Source of the DNA: an uncultured delta proteobacterium
Lineage (GTDB): Bacteria > Desulfobacterota > Desulfuromonadia > Geobacterales > DSM-12255
Direction of reading: 5' to 3'
Assembly (NCBI GenBank): GCA_963787125.1
Contig: CAWBBV010000014.1
Location: forward strand, 32,001 to 96,000
DNA: 64,000 nucleotides
The notes beneath the pieces were generated by a model. That model saw only the letters and a list, made by a program, of their open reading frames with translations, did no database searches and was not told the DNA's origin. A program made the translations under genes and the position numbers. Shown here piece after piece: positions 47,059 through 58,513 of this stretch (the stretch's first letter is position 1; each line of letters begins with the position of its first letter).

Positions 47059-47817
47059 TTACAGCTCCCGATGTATCATGAACGGCCCCCAGGTTTGATC
47101 AACACACATAATTTCCAAAGTATTAACATTGACATGTGCAGGCCTGTTGACAACCCAGGCCACTGTCTCGGCAATGTCTCCGGCTGTCAGCGGTTTGGTG
47201 CCGTTGTAAACTCCGGCAGCCTTGTCAGCATCCCCTTTGAAACGCACCTGTGAAAACTCGGTTTCCGCCATACCGGGTTGAATACAGGTGACCCGCACCT
47301 GTGTTCCGAAGAGATCACAACGCAGATTGCGCGAAAACTGGGTGACGAATGCTTTCGTACCGCCGTAGACATTGCCGCCCGGATAAGGCCAGTCACTGGC
47401 AGTAGAGCTGATATTAATGATATGCCCCCGGTTACGGGCCACCATCCCCGGTAGAACCAGCCGGGTACAGTACATCAGCCCCTTGATATTGGTATCCACC
47501 ATAATTTCCCAATCATTCAGGTCGACCTTATGAGCCGGATCAAGCCCGAGAGCCAGCCCGGCGTTGTTTATTAACACATCGATGTCGCGGTAGCGCTCCG
47601 GCAGAGACTCTATCGCCCCCTGCACCGCTTCGCGATCACAGACATCAAGCGGGATGATATGTACTTCACAAATAGTTGACAATTCATCCTGCAGCTTAAT
47701 CAGTGGATCGATACGCCGGGCTGTCAGAATCAGCCGATTGCCGGGCAGAGCAAAAATACGGGCGCAGGCTGCGCCGAAACCGGCCGATGCACCGGTGATG
47801 AAGATTGTTTGAGACAT
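47059..47817 (-). CDS. SDR oxidoreductase (YdfG-like)
   Basis: TGASAGFG, NNAGLALG, YGGTK. Confidence 0.9.
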   Translation of the reverse strand: MSQTIFITGASAGFGAACARIFALPGNRLILTARRIDPLIKLQDELSTICEVHIIPLDVCDREAVQGAIESLPERYRDIDVLINNAGLALGLDPAHKVDLNDWEIMVDTNIKGLMYCTRLVLPGMVARNRGHIINISSTASDWPYPGGNVYGGTKAFVTQFSRNLRCDLFGTQVRVTCIQPGMAETEFSQVRFKGDADKAAGVYNGTKPLTAGDIAETVAWVVNRPAHVNVNTLEIMCVDQTWGPFMIHREL

Positions 47818-47969
47818 GCGAAATACCCCCTTAAGAGATGAAATTTTCCGGTAGCTGACCGATTTGGACTGTCTTACATTTGATGTTTTGAAAAGTAACA
47901 GAAAAAGTGATAAGTAAAGAGTATCAACAAATGGCTTTGTCACAAAACAATTAATTCAAGGAGAAAACA

Positions 47970-48284
47970 GTGTCCGAATTCAGTGGTGTAACCGTCGTAA
48001 AAAAAGCGAATATCTACTTTGATGGCAATGTTGCCAGTCATACAGTTCTTTTTGCCGACGGCAGTAAAAAGACGCTCGGCGTTATGCAGCCGGGTGAGTA
48101 TGAGTTCTCCACCGCAAAAGCGGAAATAATGGAGATACTCTCTGGTGAGCTTGATCTCCTTCTACCCGGAAGCAGCGAATGGCAAATTGTCAAAGGTGGC
48201 GAATCATTCAACGTCCCGGCTAATTCAAGCTTCACGATGAAAGTAAAGTCGGTTTCGGACTACTGCTGCTCGTTTATCGATTAA
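47970..48284 (+). CDS. ppnP: Pyrimidine/purine nucleoside phosphorylase
   Basis: ANIYFDGNVAS...KTLGVMQPGEYEFST. Confidence 0.88.
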   Translation: MSEFSGVTVVKKANIYFDGNVASHTVLFADGSKKTLGVMQPGEYEFSTAKAEIMEILSGELDLLLPGSSEWQIVKGGESFNVPANSSFTMKVKSVSDYCCSFID

Positions 48285-48294
48285 AAGCCCCCCA

Positions 48295-49215
48295 ATGGAC
48301 AGAATCACAGGTAGATTTGCACCTTCACCTACCGGGCCACTGCATTACGGCTCGCTGGTTGCGGCCGTCGGCAGTTGGCTTTTTGCCAGAAGTGCCGGTG
48401 GGCGCTGGCTGCTGCGGATTGACGATCTCGACAGTCAGCGCGTAGTTCCGGGGATGGCTGACGACATCATGAAAACACTGGAACAGCTCGGCTTCGAGTG
48501 GGACGCTGCACCTGTCTGGCAAAGCCGGCAGACTGAAATATATGCTGCGGCGCTCACCGCTCTCCAACTAAATGATGCGGTATACCCTTGCAGCTGTTCA
48601 AGAGCTGAAATAGCCCGGATTGCGACTGCGCCCCATGGAGCTGAAGAGCTGATTTACCCCGGCAGCTGCAGAACCGGTATTCACGAAGGGAGAGAGGCTC
48701 GCTCCATCAGGGTGAAGGTTACTGCTGAAGAGGTCTGCTTTGATGATGGCGTCGTCGGCCGATTTGGGCAGAATCTCCAGGAGACATGTGGTGATTTTGT
48801 GATCAAAAGGGCAGACGGGCTTTTCGCCTACCATCTGGCAACGGTTGTCGATGATGCTGCTGCCGGCGTTAATCAGGTTGTCAGGGGTGCTGACCTGATC
48901 GCCTCTACTCCGCGGCAGATATTTCTTCAGCGACTGCTGGGCCTGGAGCAGCCGCACTACTGTCACCTCCCCCTGGTAACTGATACGTCAGGAGCAAAGC
49001 TCAGCAAACGCGATTGTGCAATTTCGATAAAATCCGGCCGGGATCTGCACAGAGATGGTGCGTCCCTGCTCCTTGAGGCTCTTGCATTTCTGGGTCAGAA
49101 TATTTCCTCCCTTGAGCCAAAATCACCACCAGCCGGAATCCTGAATCAGGCCGTTAAAATTTTCGAGCCAACAGCAATCCCAACTGTTCCCGGCTCATTC
49201 CGGAGTCTTACTTGA
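48295..49215 (+). CDS. gluQ: Glutamyl-queuosine tRNA(Asp) synthetase
   Basis: GRFAPSPTGPLHYGS, YPCSCSR, RGADL, KLSK; no anticodon-binding domain. Confidence 0.9.
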   Translation: MDRITGRFAPSPTGPLHYGSLVAAVGSWLFARSAGGRWLLRIDDLDSQRVVPGMADDIMKTLEQLGFEWDAAPVWQSRQTEIYAAALTALQLNDAVYPCSCSRAEIARIATAPHGAEELIYPGSCRTGIHEGREARSIRVKVTAEEVCFDDGVVGRFGQNLQETCGDFVIKRADGLFAYHLATVVDDAAAGVNQVVRGADLIASTPRQIFLQRLLGLEQPHYCHLPLVTDTSGAKLSKRDCAISIKSGRDLHRDGASLLLEALAFLGQNISSLEPKSPPAGILNQAVKIFEPTAIPTVPGSFRSLT

Positions 49216-49955
49216 AAATTCTTATTACCAACGATGACGGCATTGACGCTCCCGGCATAAGGGCGCTCGCAGCCGCTCTTGCTACGGTTGCCGAAATAGC
49301 TGTTGTAGCACCGGACCGGGAGCGGAGCGCTGTCTCCCATTCACTGACGCTGCATCACCCGCTGAGAGCAATTCAACAGGCACCAGGGCGTTACTCGGTA
49401 GACGGCACCCCCACTGACTGCGTTAATCTCGGCATTCACAGCCTCCTTGATTTTCATCCCGATCTGGTCGTCTCAGGGATAAACCGTGGCGCAAATCTTG
49501 GCGATGATGTTACCTATTCAGGAACAGTTGCTGCGGCGCTTGAGGCAACACTCATGGGGATTCCTGCTTTTGCGATTTCTCTTACCAGTCAGGAAGATAA
49601 TGCCGACTACGCCAATGCCGCCAGCTTTGCCGCCAGATTGGCAATCACCTTGAGTAAGAACGGTCTGCCCAAAGACACTTTTCTGAATGTGAATGTCCCT
49701 GACTACTCTGAAACACTCTCTTTACCACCGCTGGTGACAACCCAGGGCAAAAGGCGCTACGAAGGGACAATTGTCGACAAGGTCGACCCCCGGGGGCGCT
49801 CCTACTACTGGATAGGGACGGCTGATCTTGATTTTCACGATATTGAGGGCTCTGACTTCGCCGCCGTTAAGCGTGGTCATATTTCCATCACGCCACTGCA
49901 CCTTGATATGACTAACCACCGATCAATTGCCCTCCTCAATAGCTGGACTTTTTAA
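49212..49955 (+). CDS. surE: 5'/3'-nucleotidase SurE
   Basis: ILITNDDG, DGTPTDCV, SGINRGANLG. Confidence 0.96.
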   Translation: MKILITNDDGIDAPGIRALAAALATVAEIAVVAPDRERSAVSHSLTLHHPLRAIQQAPGRYSVDGTPTDCVNLGIHSLLDFHPDLVVSGINRGANLGDDVTYSGTVAAALEATLMGIPAFAISLTSQEDNADYANAASFAARLAITLSKNGLPKDTFLNVNVPDYSETLSLPPLVTTQGKRRYEGTIVDKVDPRGRSYYWIGTADLDFHDIEGSDFAAVKRGHISITPLHLDMTNHRSIALLNSWTF

Positions 49956-50002
49956 CCCGCTTTTGTTATAAACGGCGATCCTTACATGGTTAATGGCGGT
50001 TT

Positions 50003-50653
50003 ATGAATTTTGATATATCAAGAAAACGGATGGTTGATACACAGATCATTGCCAAGGGAATCACTGATCGCCGGGTGATTGACTCCATGCTTAAACTGCC
50101 CCGCCACCTGTTCGTTCAGGAAGCCATGGCCGCTCAGGCATACAACGACACTTCTCTTCCCATAGGCGATAAGCAGACAATTTCGCAGCCGTACATGGTT
50201 GCGCTGATGACGCAAATGCTGGAGCTTGGCGGGAGCGAACGTGTTCTGGAAATAGGAACCGGTTCCGGTTATCAGGCCGCACTCCTGTCACATCTGGCAG
50301 CGCGTGTCTATACCATTGAAAGAATCCCGTCACTTGCAGCAAAAGCCAGGAAGCTTTTCGATTCTTTAGGTTTGACCAATATTTCCATGAAAATTGATGA
50401 CGGCTCGGTCGGTTGGCCTGCTGAAGCCCCTTTTGACGCGATCATTGTGACTGCCGGAGCTCCTGAAATCCCCCAGGCACTTATTGAGCAGCTTGCACCT
50501 GCCGGACGGCTTTTGGTCCCTGTTGGCGATCAGACTTCGCAACTGCTTGCTTTTGTAAAGAAATCGTCGGATGGCAGCTTCACTGTAGACAAATCGACTC
50601 CCTGCCGTTTTGTAAAATTGATAGGAAGCGAAGGCTGGAGTCTATCCAGCTGA
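50003..50653 (+). CDS. pcm: Protein-L-isoaspartate O-methyltransferase
   Basis: [17 protein letters not shown]. Confidence 0.95.
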   Translation: MNFDISRKRMVDTQIIAKGITDRRVIDSMLKLPRHLFVQEAMAAQAYNDTSLPIGDKQTISQPYMVALMTQMLELGGSERVLEIGTGSGYQAALLSHLAARVYTIERIPSLAAKARKLFDSLGLTNISMKIDDGSVGWPAEAPFDAIIVTAGAPEIPQALIEQLAPAGRLLVPVGDQTSQLLAFVKKSSDGSFTVDKSTPCRFVKLIGSEGWSLSS

Positions 50654-50679
50654 TCTTTTTAATTCCGGAGCAGTTAATA

Positions 50680-51645
50680 ATGATTAAAGACAACCTGGAT
50701 GAAGAGTTTGAGATCATGGCAACCGATGAACAGAGCGACGAAGCTCTGCTTGAACCTGATGGTGATGCTCTGCTTGCCGAAGAGGCGCAGGAACCGGATA
50801 TAGAGGAGCTGAAAACTCCGGATGACGATGAATACTTTGATGATGCGATCAAACTCTACTTAAGGGATATTCAAAAAACCAAACTCCTGACGGCAGCTGA
50901 TGAAAGAGAACTTGCAACCAGGATTTTGACCGGCGACAAAGCTGCTCGCGACAGGATGATAGAGTCAAATCTGAGGCTTGTAGTTAAAATTGCCAAGCGT
51001 TATATAAACCGTGGCCTTCCGTTTCTGGATCTGATTGAAGAGGGTAATCTCGGACTGATAAAGGCCGTGGAGCGATTTAAAATTTCGAAGGAGTGCCGTT
51101 TTTCGACCTATGCAACCTGGTGGATACGTCAATCTATTGAAAGAGCGCTTGTCAATCAATCCAGAACGATCAGGCTCCCTGTTCATGTTTCAGACGACAT
51201 CAACAAAATGCTGCGAATCTCCCGAGAGCAGATGCATAAGATGAATCATGAGCCATCCGTTGAAGAGATCGCCGCAGCCATGAACGTTGAACCGGCTCAT
51301 GTTAGACGCCTGATGACGCTACTGAAAAAAACCTATTCAATAGAGCGGCCTATGGGTGAGAATAACGATTATTTCCTGAGCGATACGATTGAGGATACTT
51401 CCAATGTTTCGCCTGTGGATCTTCTTGATAATCTTAACAGGTATGCTCATGTTTCAGAGTGGTTTGAGACTCTGTCAGAAACAGAAAAGAGTATTCTGAC
51501 TTTGCGCTTTGGTCTTGAAGATGCTGACCCACAAACTCTTGACACTATCGGCAAGCAGTTTGGCGTAACCAGAGAACGTATCAGGCAGATTGAATCAAAA
51601 GCGCTTGAAAAGCTGCGAAAAGTTAGAGCTGTAGTTGAAAAATAA
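50680..51645 (+). CDS. rpoS: RNA polymerase sigma factor RpoS
   Basis: [31 protein letters not shown]; surE-pcm context. Confidence 0.88.
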   Translation: MIKDNLDEEFEIMATDEQSDEALLEPDGDALLAEEAQEPDIEELKTPDDDEYFDDAIKLYLRDIQKTKLLTAADERELATRILTGDKAARDRMIESNLRLVVKIAKRYINRGLPFLDLIEEGNLGLIKAVERFKISKECRFSTYATWWIRQSIERALVNQSRTIRLPVHVSDDINKMLRISREQMHKMNHEPSVEEIAAAMNVEPAHVRRLMTLLKKTYSIERPMGENNDYFLSDTIEDTSNVSPVDLLDNLNRYAHVSEWFETLSETEKSILTLRFGLEDADPQTLDTIGKQFGVTRERIRQIESKALEKLRKVRAVVEK

Positions 51646-51673
51646 CAAAAGTAAATGGATGGAGGGCGACTGC

Positions 51674-52189
51674 ATGCAAGAATTAAAAGATATCATCAGA
51701 GATGTAAATGACTTTCCTAAAAAAGGTATCGTATTCAAAGACATAACAACTCTTTTGGCCGATGCCAAATCTTACCAACAGATGATAGACCTTCTTGCGC
51801 ATCGCTACATCGGTAAAAAAATCGACAAGGTAGTGGGAGTGGAAGCCAGGGGCTTTATCATCGGAGCTGCGCTGGCATACAAACTCGGCGCCGGAGTTGT
51901 TCTGGTAAGAAAACCCGGGAAACTACCTTTTTCGACCTTCAAGAAAACCTACGAGCTCGAATATGGCACTGATACGCTTGAGATCCATACGGATGCAATA
52001 AAACCGGGAGAGAATATTCTTATAGCTGACGATGTTCTCGCGACCGGTGGAACTATGGGCGCCGTTGTTGATATGGTAACAAGCCTTGGTGGGAATATCC
52101 ATGAATGCTGCTTTATGGCAGAGATTGAATTTCTGAAGGGTAAGGCTAAGCTCCCGGAAGGCAAGGTTTTTTCACTACTAAAATTCTAA
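51674..52189 (+). CDS. apt: Adenine phosphoribosyltransferase
   Basis: [27 protein letters not shown]. Confidence 0.95.
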   Translation: MQELKDIIRDVNDFPKKGIVFKDITTLLADAKSYQQMIDLLAHRYIGKKIDKVVGVEARGFIIGAALAYKLGAGVVLVRKPGKLPFSTFKKTYELEYGTDTLEIHTDAIKPGENILIADDVLATGGTMGAVVDMVTSLGGNIHECCFMAEIEFLKGKAKLPEGKVFSLLKF

Positions 52190-52266
52190 GTTAACTGGAA
52201 TATGCTGTCGGCTCGGGGTGAAATCCGTTGCTTTTTACCCATGGCTGGTGTATTTATTTAAATTCT

Positions 52267-52343
52267 GTCCCCGTAGCTCAGCAGGATAGAGCACTTCCCT
52301 CCTAAGGAAGGGGCCGGTCGTTCGAATCGACTCGGGGACGCCA
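52267..52343 (+). tRNA. tRNA-Arg(CCT)
   Basis: GTCCCCGTAGCTCAGCAGGATAGAGCACTTCCCTCCTAAGGAAGGGGCCGGTCGTTCGAATCGACTCGGGGACGCCA. Confidence 0.95.
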
Positions 52344-52541
52344 ATAAAAACAGAGGGTTGCAGAGGTTTTGCAACCCTTTTTGTTTGCCTGAAATCGCAA
52401 CAGCAACCTCTATGGCAACCTCTGATGTTTTGTAATGCTTTTGTCTGTTTGCATAAGAAAAGGGGCTGGATGTATGGTCCATGCCCCTTTCCATGTTTAC
52501 AGCACTCGACGTCGTCGCCTGTTCTGATTATTTCTCCAGCA

Positions 52542-52964
52542 TCATTGCGTTGACAGCTGTTCCTCTCTCAATTCCTCAAGAAGACCCGGATGGTGATCCA
52601 GTAACCGGAACAGGTTGAGAACTGCCTGAACAGGTTTTGTTTCACCGCGCTCATATCTTGAAAAGGCATTGTGCCCGCCACCTGCAATTCGAGCTGCCTC
52701 CTGTTGGGTCAGCTTCAGCTTTTTCCGGATTCGAGCCAACTCTGCCGCTTCATTTTTATCGATCTGGTCGCGAAATGATTTCCAGGCAGCTTCCTCATTC
52801 TCATCATGAACCGGAAAACCGTCATGGCAATGATCGCAGAACGCACCGGTAACCCCATAGTTGTAGTGTTGGCCGCGGTACTCCATTGACTTTTGTTGAT
52901 TACCGTCATGAAGAATCCCCTCTGCACAGAGAGGACACGATTTGTTATCCCATTTGGTAGTCAT
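52542..52964 (-). CDS. mqsA: MqsA-family antitoxin (Zn ribbon + HTH)
   Basis: CPLC...CDHC, LTQQEAARIAGGGHNAFSRYERG. Confidence 0.92.
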   Translation of the reverse strand: MTTKWDNKSCPLCAEGILHDGNQQKSMEYRGQHYNYGVTGAFCDHCHDGFPVHDENEEAAWKSFRDQIDKNEAAELARIRKKLKLTQQEAARIAGGGHNAFSRYERGETKPVQAVLNLFRLLDHHPGLLEELREEQLSTQ

Positions 52965-52965
52965 T

Positions 52966-53265
52966 TTAGCGCTCCTTGAACGATACTATGAAATATTCCC
53001 CAGCTTGCTGGAACTTCACGTACAGTTGTTTTCCCCGCCATTCCGCATGATAGACATCCTGCCAAATCTTATGACTTTTATGGGTGGTCATGCTTTTGTA
53101 AAAACTGGCATGCGACAGACTGCGAACGACCTCAAGAGCCTCCGTCTTTATCATGCCGGCTCCCCTGATACCCTCAACAGCTGAAAGGGTAAGGTTCATC
53201 GCCTCGACAGATATCATCTGGGCAATGATCGCCTTGAAGTCATAATGTGGCCGACGTTTTTCCAT
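52966..53265 (-). CDS. mqsR: MqsR-family mRNase toxin
   Basis: MEKRRPHY, FYKSMTT, WQDVYH, VSFKER. Confidence 0.92.
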   Translation of the reverse strand: MEKRRPHYDFKAIIAQMISVEAMNLTLSAVEGIRGAGMIKTEALEVVRSLSHASFYKSMTTHKSHKIWQDVYHAEWRGKQLYVKFQQAGEYFIVSFKER

Positions 53266-53275
53266 ACTCAATAAA

Positions 53276-53292
53276 TAACCCTATTAGGGTAA
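53276..53292. promoter_or_regulatory. MqsA-type palindromic operator
   Basis: TAACCCTATTAGGGTAA just upstream of mqsR, resembling the E. coli TAACCT-N3-AGGTTA box. Confidence 0.65.
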
Positions 53293-53346
53293 TTTAGCAA
53301 CCATAATTTGCTTGGTGGCATGTAGGGCACCATTTTTGGGGTACCT

Positions 53347-53562
53347 TTAGTACCCTAAAAAGCATCCAAAATATCTCCTGACAGCATGACTACTTGACGA
53401 CATGTCCCTCACTATCCGCTCGGCCATCGGTAGCTGCTTTGCTCCGTATGGACAAGGAAATATATAACCCTTGTAAATTTCCTTGCCGGTCTCTGTGTCA
53501 AAAGTCTTGATCGCTTCGATCAATTCAAGAGCCGTGTCGATCAAATATACACGGTACGTCAT
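53347..53562 (-). pseudogene. Tyrosine integrase internal fragment
   Basis: RVYLIDTALELI...KGYIFPCP...AVRR resembles the middle of P4-like integrases (recognised from memory); no catalytic C-terminus. Confidence 0.5.
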
Positions 53563-53656
53563 GTGCGGAACCTGATGAAAGCTACTTTGGAATGATGCTG
53601 ATTTACTTCAAAACTAGAAGCCATTCGCTATGAAATTTTAAAAACCCGAAAATACA

Positions 53657-53690
53657 AAAGCGCGACTGTCAATTGACCGTCGCGCTTTCA
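53657..53690. terminator. Intrinsic terminator
   Basis: AAAAGCGCGAC-tgtcaattgacc-GTCGCGCTTT. Confidence 0.7.
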
Positions 53691-53712
53691 TGTAAATTAT
53701 AGAAATGGGTAA

Positions 53713-54291
53713 TCAGCGTTTTACAAAGGTAAATGTCGCATCGGAAAGATAAACGGCCTTGTGGACGTCATCACGTTTGAGTGCAAGACTGTCGCCCATA
53801 TCCTGCACCGAAACGCCTTCACGCATGAACTGGGTCTTGCCGACTACCAAGTGGATCTTGTGCTCTCCCGCACTCATACTATCCCAAACGTCCTCCTTGA
53901 AATCGGCAGGGTAATCCTTAGTGTTATATACGTATATCAACGTCTGATCCTTATCGGCCGATATGTCCTTGTTGGTGAAGCCAAGCCGTTTTGCGTGACT
54001 ACCGTCGATCCAGATATCGATAAACCCTTCTTCTTCTCCCTTGAGTTGACCCATTTTAGTGGGAAAATAAGCTCGCGCATAGATGCTCTCAGTATCGTCA
54101 AATTTTGTTTTGAGGATTGATTTGCTCTCGGCACCTTTTTTGATATTGGTATCAGAGAAGACCATGTTTCCAGTGCGATCCTTGTTCAATTTCTTGTACT
54201 TTGAATCAGCACCGTATGACGAGACAGCCAAAGTTAACAAAGCGGTTGTAATGAGTGCAGCAACTTTCAATGTTTTTGTGAAGCTAATCAT
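53713..54291 (-). CDS. Hypothetical secreted protein
   Basis: AGGAGG RBS, signal peptide; no family recognised. Confidence 0.75.
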   Translation of the reverse strand: MISFTKTLKVAALITTALLTLAVSSYGADSKYKKLNKDRTGNMVFSDTNIKKGAESKSILKTKFDDTESIYARAYFPTKMGQLKGEEEGFIDIWIDGSHAKRLGFTNKDISADKDQTLIYVYNTKDYPADFKEDVWDSMSAGEHKIHLVVGKTQFMREGVSVQDMGDSLALKRDDVHKAVYLSDATFTFVKR

Positions 54292-54638
54292 AGCACCTCC
54301 TAGGATGGGGTTGAGATGCCAAGCCGGGGAAATGCGTACACATTTAGCATATCTGTTTAATTAGATTGAGCGATAAAAATGAGAATGTAAATGTATCAGC
54401 GGTTTTCATGTTGTCAAGAGTACCAGGTAACCTCGGCCTTGTTTTGACGGATTTTGCTGCCTAAAAGTGCGGCTGAAGAAGTTATAACGCTGATGTGTCA
54501 TGTCTGTTGCAAGATGGTTCAGGCTGGCGCCGAGACTTTTTGATGGCCTTGATTTCCTTATAACCATGATCAATTTCACTATCTTCATCAAGCACTTTGC
54601 CTCTCTACTTCGCCAATATCTAAGAGGTAACATACGTA

Positions 54639-55973
54639 CTATGACGACCGGCTACCCCTGCGACCGATTTTTGGCGCTGGACGTTCTGTCACAACTTTAT
54701 TCCGTTTTGGAGTGCGTGAAGTAACATTTTTTGACGGAGCAGCAGACTGGGAACCTGCCGTTTTCTCAGGAGTCTTCCTCGCCCTGCACGGCTCTTTGCG
54801 TCGCTTCCCTTCCTTTGGCTTGCCGGCCCGTTTGACGGCGTACTGAGGGAATTCGTCAATTGCCTGACGCGGGATGGCGTAACTGAGAAGTTTTTCAATT
54901 GCGAGCAGCAGTGAGTTTTCTTCAGGGCTGACCAGTGAAATGGCTACACCCTCCTCACCTGCCCTGCCGGTGCGGCCAATCCGGTGGACATAATCTTCGG
55001 GAACCTGGGGCAGATCGTAATTAACGACGTGGGGCAGCCGCTCAATATCGAGACCGCGAGCCGCCACGTCAGTTGCCACCAGCACCCGCCAGACCCCATG
55101 TTTGAATTCTGCAAGGGTCCTCGTCCGGATTGACTGGCTCTTGTTACTATGAATGGCGGCAGCGTTTATTCCGTCAAAAAGCAGCTCTTCAGTCAACTTG
55201 TCCGCACCGTACCGGGTACGGGCGAAAACAAGCACCTGATTCCAATCACCCTTGCGGATCAGAAAAGAGATCATCTCCCTCTTACGGCTCTTTTCCACCT
55301 GATAGACTGCCTGCTTGACAGCGTCGGCAGCAAGATTGCGCCGCGCAACTTCGATCCGCCGCGGCGTATTCAAAAGTTCGTCGGCGAGCTGCTTGATCTC
55401 TTTGGAATAGGTTGCTGAAAAGAGCAGGGTCTGACGTTTAACTGGCAGATACTCGGCCACTTTGTGGATGTCGTCGATAAAACCCATATCCAGCATCCGG
55501 TCAGCCTCATCCAACACAAGGAACTTTATCCGGGAAAGATTGATCGTGCCTCGCTCCGCATGATCCAGCAATCGCCCTGGAGTCGCGACCACGATATCTA
55601 CACCACGATGCAGTCGCTCAATCTGGGCTTGAATATTGACTCCTCCGTAGATCATTGTGGAACGGAGTGACAGCCGTCTGGCATAAATGTTCATCTCTTC
55701 GCTCACCTGTGCAGCCAGCTCGCGCGTCGGCACCAGAACCAGCGCCCGTGGCCTTCGACGCTTATCCGGAGGAATATTTTCACCGAGCATCTGCACAATC
55801 GGAAGAGCAAACGCCGCTGTCTTGCCGGTGCCGGTCTGAGCGCCTGCCAGCAGGTCACCACCCTCAAAAATAACCGGAATAGCCTCACTCTGGATAGGGG
55901 TGGGGATTGTGTAACCCTGGGCAGTAATTGCACTCAGCAGTTCGGCACGAAGACCGAGGGATTCAAATGACAT
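54639..55973 (-). CDS. rhlE: DEAD-box RNA helicase (RhlE-like)
   Basis: [29 protein letters not shown]. Confidence 0.9.
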   Translation of the reverse strand: MSFESLGLRAELLSAITAQGYTIPTPIQSEAIPVIFEGGDLLAGAQTGTGKTAAFALPIVQMLGENIPPDKRRRPRALVLVPTRELAAQVSEEMNIYARRLSLRSTMIYGGVNIQAQIERLHRGVDIVVATPGRLLDHAERGTINLSRIKFLVLDEADRMLDMGFIDDIHKVAEYLPVKRQTLLFSATYSKEIKQLADELLNTPRRIEVARRNLAADAVKQAVYQVEKSRKREMISFLIRKGDWNQVLVFARTRYGADKLTEELLFDGINAAAIHSNKSQSIRTRTLAEFKHGVWRVLVATDVAARGLDIERLPHVVNYDLPQVPEDYVHRIGRTGRAGEEGVAISLVSPEENSLLLAIEKLLSYAIPRQAIDEFPQYAVKRAGKPKEGKRRKEPCRARKTPEKTAGSQSAAPSKNVTSRTPKRNKVVTERPAPKIGRRGSRSS

Positions 55974-56009
55974 TAGCGTAGCTCCTTGTTGTCAGTGTAA
56001 AGATCTGAT

Positions 56010-56723
56010 TCAGTGCGCAGCAGCGTCAACCTTCCCTATCAGCCGGGTAAAAAATTCAGGGATTGCGGTTGTAAACGTTAAGCGCTTTTTGCTGACAGGG
56101 TGAGTGAAAGCGATAGATTTGGCATGGAGTGCCAGAGTGCCGTAGTTATCGCTACTTTTGCCGTATTTCCTGTCACCCACAACAGGGTGGCCCTTTTCCG
56201 ACAGATGCACGCGAATCTGGTGTTTGCGACCGGTGAGCAGGTGGATCTCCAGCAGACTTAAACCTTTGCTCTCTTTCAAAACCGTATACTCGGTCTGGGA
56301 GAGCTTACCGACTGTTGTATCCTGGGTGGAGTAAACCTTAAGAGCGCTGCTTTCTACCAAATAACTGCTGATCGTCCCTGATTTGGGCGCAATAGTACCA
56401 TGAACAATTGTCAGGTAGCGTTTCTCTGTCTCCTGCCAATGTTCCTGGAGAAAAATTTTGGCAGTTTCGCTTTTGGCGAAAATAAGAAGACCGGAAGTCT
56501 CGCGATCGAGACGATGAACAATATAGATCCGGTTGCGAGAGCGGGGATCACCCTTACGGACATAATCATTGAGAATGGTATGTGCGGTTCTTGATTTGTC
56601 CCGGTCTGTCCCCATTGTCAGGAGTCCGGACGGTTTTTCCACCACGATGACATCTTTGTCTTCGTGAAGAATCAAAAGTCCTTTTGGTTGATATTTAGCT
56701 GAATTACTTTTAGGGATAAGCAT
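56010..56723 (-). CDS. RluA-family pseudouridine synthase
   Basis: HRLDRETSG, TGRKHQIRVH, GDRKYG. Confidence 0.93.
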   Translation of the reverse strand: MLIPKSNSAKYQPKGLLILHEDKDVIVVEKPSGLLTMGTDRDKSRTAHTILNDYVRKGDPRSRNRIYIVHRLDRETSGLLIFAKSETAKIFLQEHWQETEKRYLTIVHGTIAPKSGTISSYLVESSALKVYSTQDTTVGKLSQTEYTVLKESKGLSLLEIHLLTGRKHQIRVHLSEKGHPVVGDRKYGKSSDNYGTLALHAKSIAFTHPVSKKRLTFTTAIPEFFTRLIGKVDAAAH

Positions 56724-56977
56724 GGCTATTTAATCTCAAAAATAAAAACCACAGGGGTAGTCCCTGTGGTGTAGTTCATCTCTTTTATAACACGATGACC
56801 CCTATGGCGACAATGGCTTTCTGAATAAGTGCAATCGCAAGGATAGCAGAGGGAATATTCGTTCTCTCTTACTTGTATGATTGTATGCTATAATTCAATG
56901 TTAACCAAGATTTCACCATACAAAAAAATCGGAAATACAGACGGCTTCAGACATGAAGCTTACAAGGCAGGTAACCA

Positions 56978-57685
56978 TTGGCACAACCCTGGAAAACAAT
57001 TGAAAGCGTTGCTACTGACGAAGGTGTACTGGAACTGCGACAGCGCGGCGAGAAGGATTTCCTGATTATGATCGGTCCGCAAGTGCTTATGAACAGCCAT
57101 GCTAACCGTTCCGAACTGCTGCTTGGCCAGCTCGGTTGTGATCACTTGAAAACCAGTGACAGCCCACGAATCCTGGTGGGTGGTCTGGGGATGGGATTTA
57201 CCCTCAAAGCTGTGCTTGACACTCTTCCCCCTTCGGCCAAGGTCGTTGTGACCGAACTCAATCCTACTGTCCTGCAATGGTGTCATGGCCCCCTTGCCCC
57301 ACTTACAGCCAACGCCGTTAACGACCCGCGGGTAACCGTTGAAATAGGTGATGTTGCAAAACGGATCCGTCATAGCGCTGTGAACGGTGGTGATTCACGC
57401 TTCGACGCTATCATTATCGATCTTTATCGCGGCCCTCACGCAAAAACGGATCATCGAGATGATCCGTTTTACGGCAGCCGGGCAATTGAAAACATGCATG
57501 CAGCGCTCAAACCCTGCGGAGTAGTCGCTGTCTGGGGAGAAAGTTATGACGAAGGCTTCGACAGACGCCTGAAAAATGCCGGTTTTGCCGTGACTACTGA
57601 CCGCTCTGCCCGCGGCGGTCTCAGACATGTGGTTTTCCTGGGGCAACTGAAACAATCAAAAAAGACAGGAAAACACGCTTCCTGA
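56978..57685 (+). CDS. Spermidine-synthase-like SAM-binding protein
   Basis: LVGGLGMGFTL, DAIIID. Confidence 0.8.
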   Translation: MAQPWKTIESVATDEGVLELRQRGEKDFLIMIGPQVLMNSHANRSELLLGQLGCDHLKTSDSPRILVGGLGMGFTLKAVLDTLPPSAKVVVTELNPTVLQWCHGPLAPLTANAVNDPRVTVEIGDVAKRIRHSAVNGGDSRFDAIIIDLYRGPHAKTDHRDDPFYGSRAIENMHAALKPCGVVAVWGESYDEGFDRRLKNAGFAVTTDRSARGGLRHVVFLGQLKQSKKTGKHAS

Positions 57686-57772
57686 AAAGTTGCCGGAATG
57701 AGACTTTGCTGCTTGCCGAACAATCAAGTTTCCGCTACGATGCCGAAAAAATTTACTGAATAAGGAGCATTC

Positions 57773-58051
57773 ATGCCCACAGCAACAGCCCGCCACATTC
57801 TCGTTGACACCGAAGCCAAATGCCTGCAACTCAAAGCTGAAATAGAAGCCGGCGCAGATTTTGCCGAAGTCGCCAAAAAAAATTCCTCATGTCCTTCACG
57901 CATGCAGGGAGGTGATCTCGGTGCCTTCCGCCCCGGGCAGATGGTGAAAGAGTTCGACGAGGTCGTCTTTTCCGGAGAGATCAATAAAGTTCTTGGCCCG
58001 GTCAAAACCCAGTTCGGTCATCACCTTATCGAGATCACAAAACGATGGTAA
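57773..58051 (+). CDS. ppiC: Parvulin peptidyl-prolyl isomerase
   Basis: ARHILV, SSCPS..GGDLG, PVKTQFG. Confidence 0.92.
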   Translation: MPTATARHILVDTEAKCLQLKAEIEAGADFAEVAKKNSSCPSRMQGGDLGAFRPGQMVKEFDEVVFSGEINKVLGPVKTQFGHHLIEITKRW

Positions 58052-58074
58052 CGGCATCGGCAAAGCAAGAGATA

Positions 58075-58500
58075 ATGACCGACCTCGACACTGCACTGGC
58101 AGCTCTGCGCCTGAATATGGACGATTCTAAGGGGCAGTCCCAGTTTTACGATATATTCCTGAATGCAACTTTCTGTGTACCGACCCTTGATGAACAGGAT
58201 CTGGACGAAACGGCTGAAGCGCTAAACGAAGGTCAGGTTCTGCCAATGATCATCGAATCGGAAGGGAATGACTACCTGATGCTCTTCGACACTGAAGAAC
58301 GTCTGCATTCCTGGGCCAAGGATAAAGTCAAGTGGGTGGGAGTCCCGGGCTATGTCCTGGCCGCCACCACCATGGAGCCGCTCCATTGGGCACTCAATGT
58401 AGGTACCGAATATTCGAAACAGTTTCTACCCGATGAAATAGCCTGGCTGCGTGAAGTTGTGGAACGCTGCAATGCGGCAGTTGATCAGCAGGAAGGGTGA
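58075..58500 (+). CDS. SseB-family protein
   Basis: FCVPT...LMLFDTEERL...ALNVG. Confidence 0.7.
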   Translation: MTDLDTALAALRLNMDDSKGQSQFYDIFLNATFCVPTLDEQDLDETAEALNEGQVLPMIIESEGNDYLMLFDTEERLHSWAKDKVKWVGVPGYVLAATTMEPLHWALNVGTEYSKQFLPDEIAWLREVVERCNAAVDQQEG

Positions 58501-58513
58501 TGAAGCAGCGGAA

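Noticed and set aside
39044..52189. Numerous antisense and overlapping ORFs in the six-frame track
   Set aside because: They are shadows of well-supported housekeeping genes and have no motifs of their own
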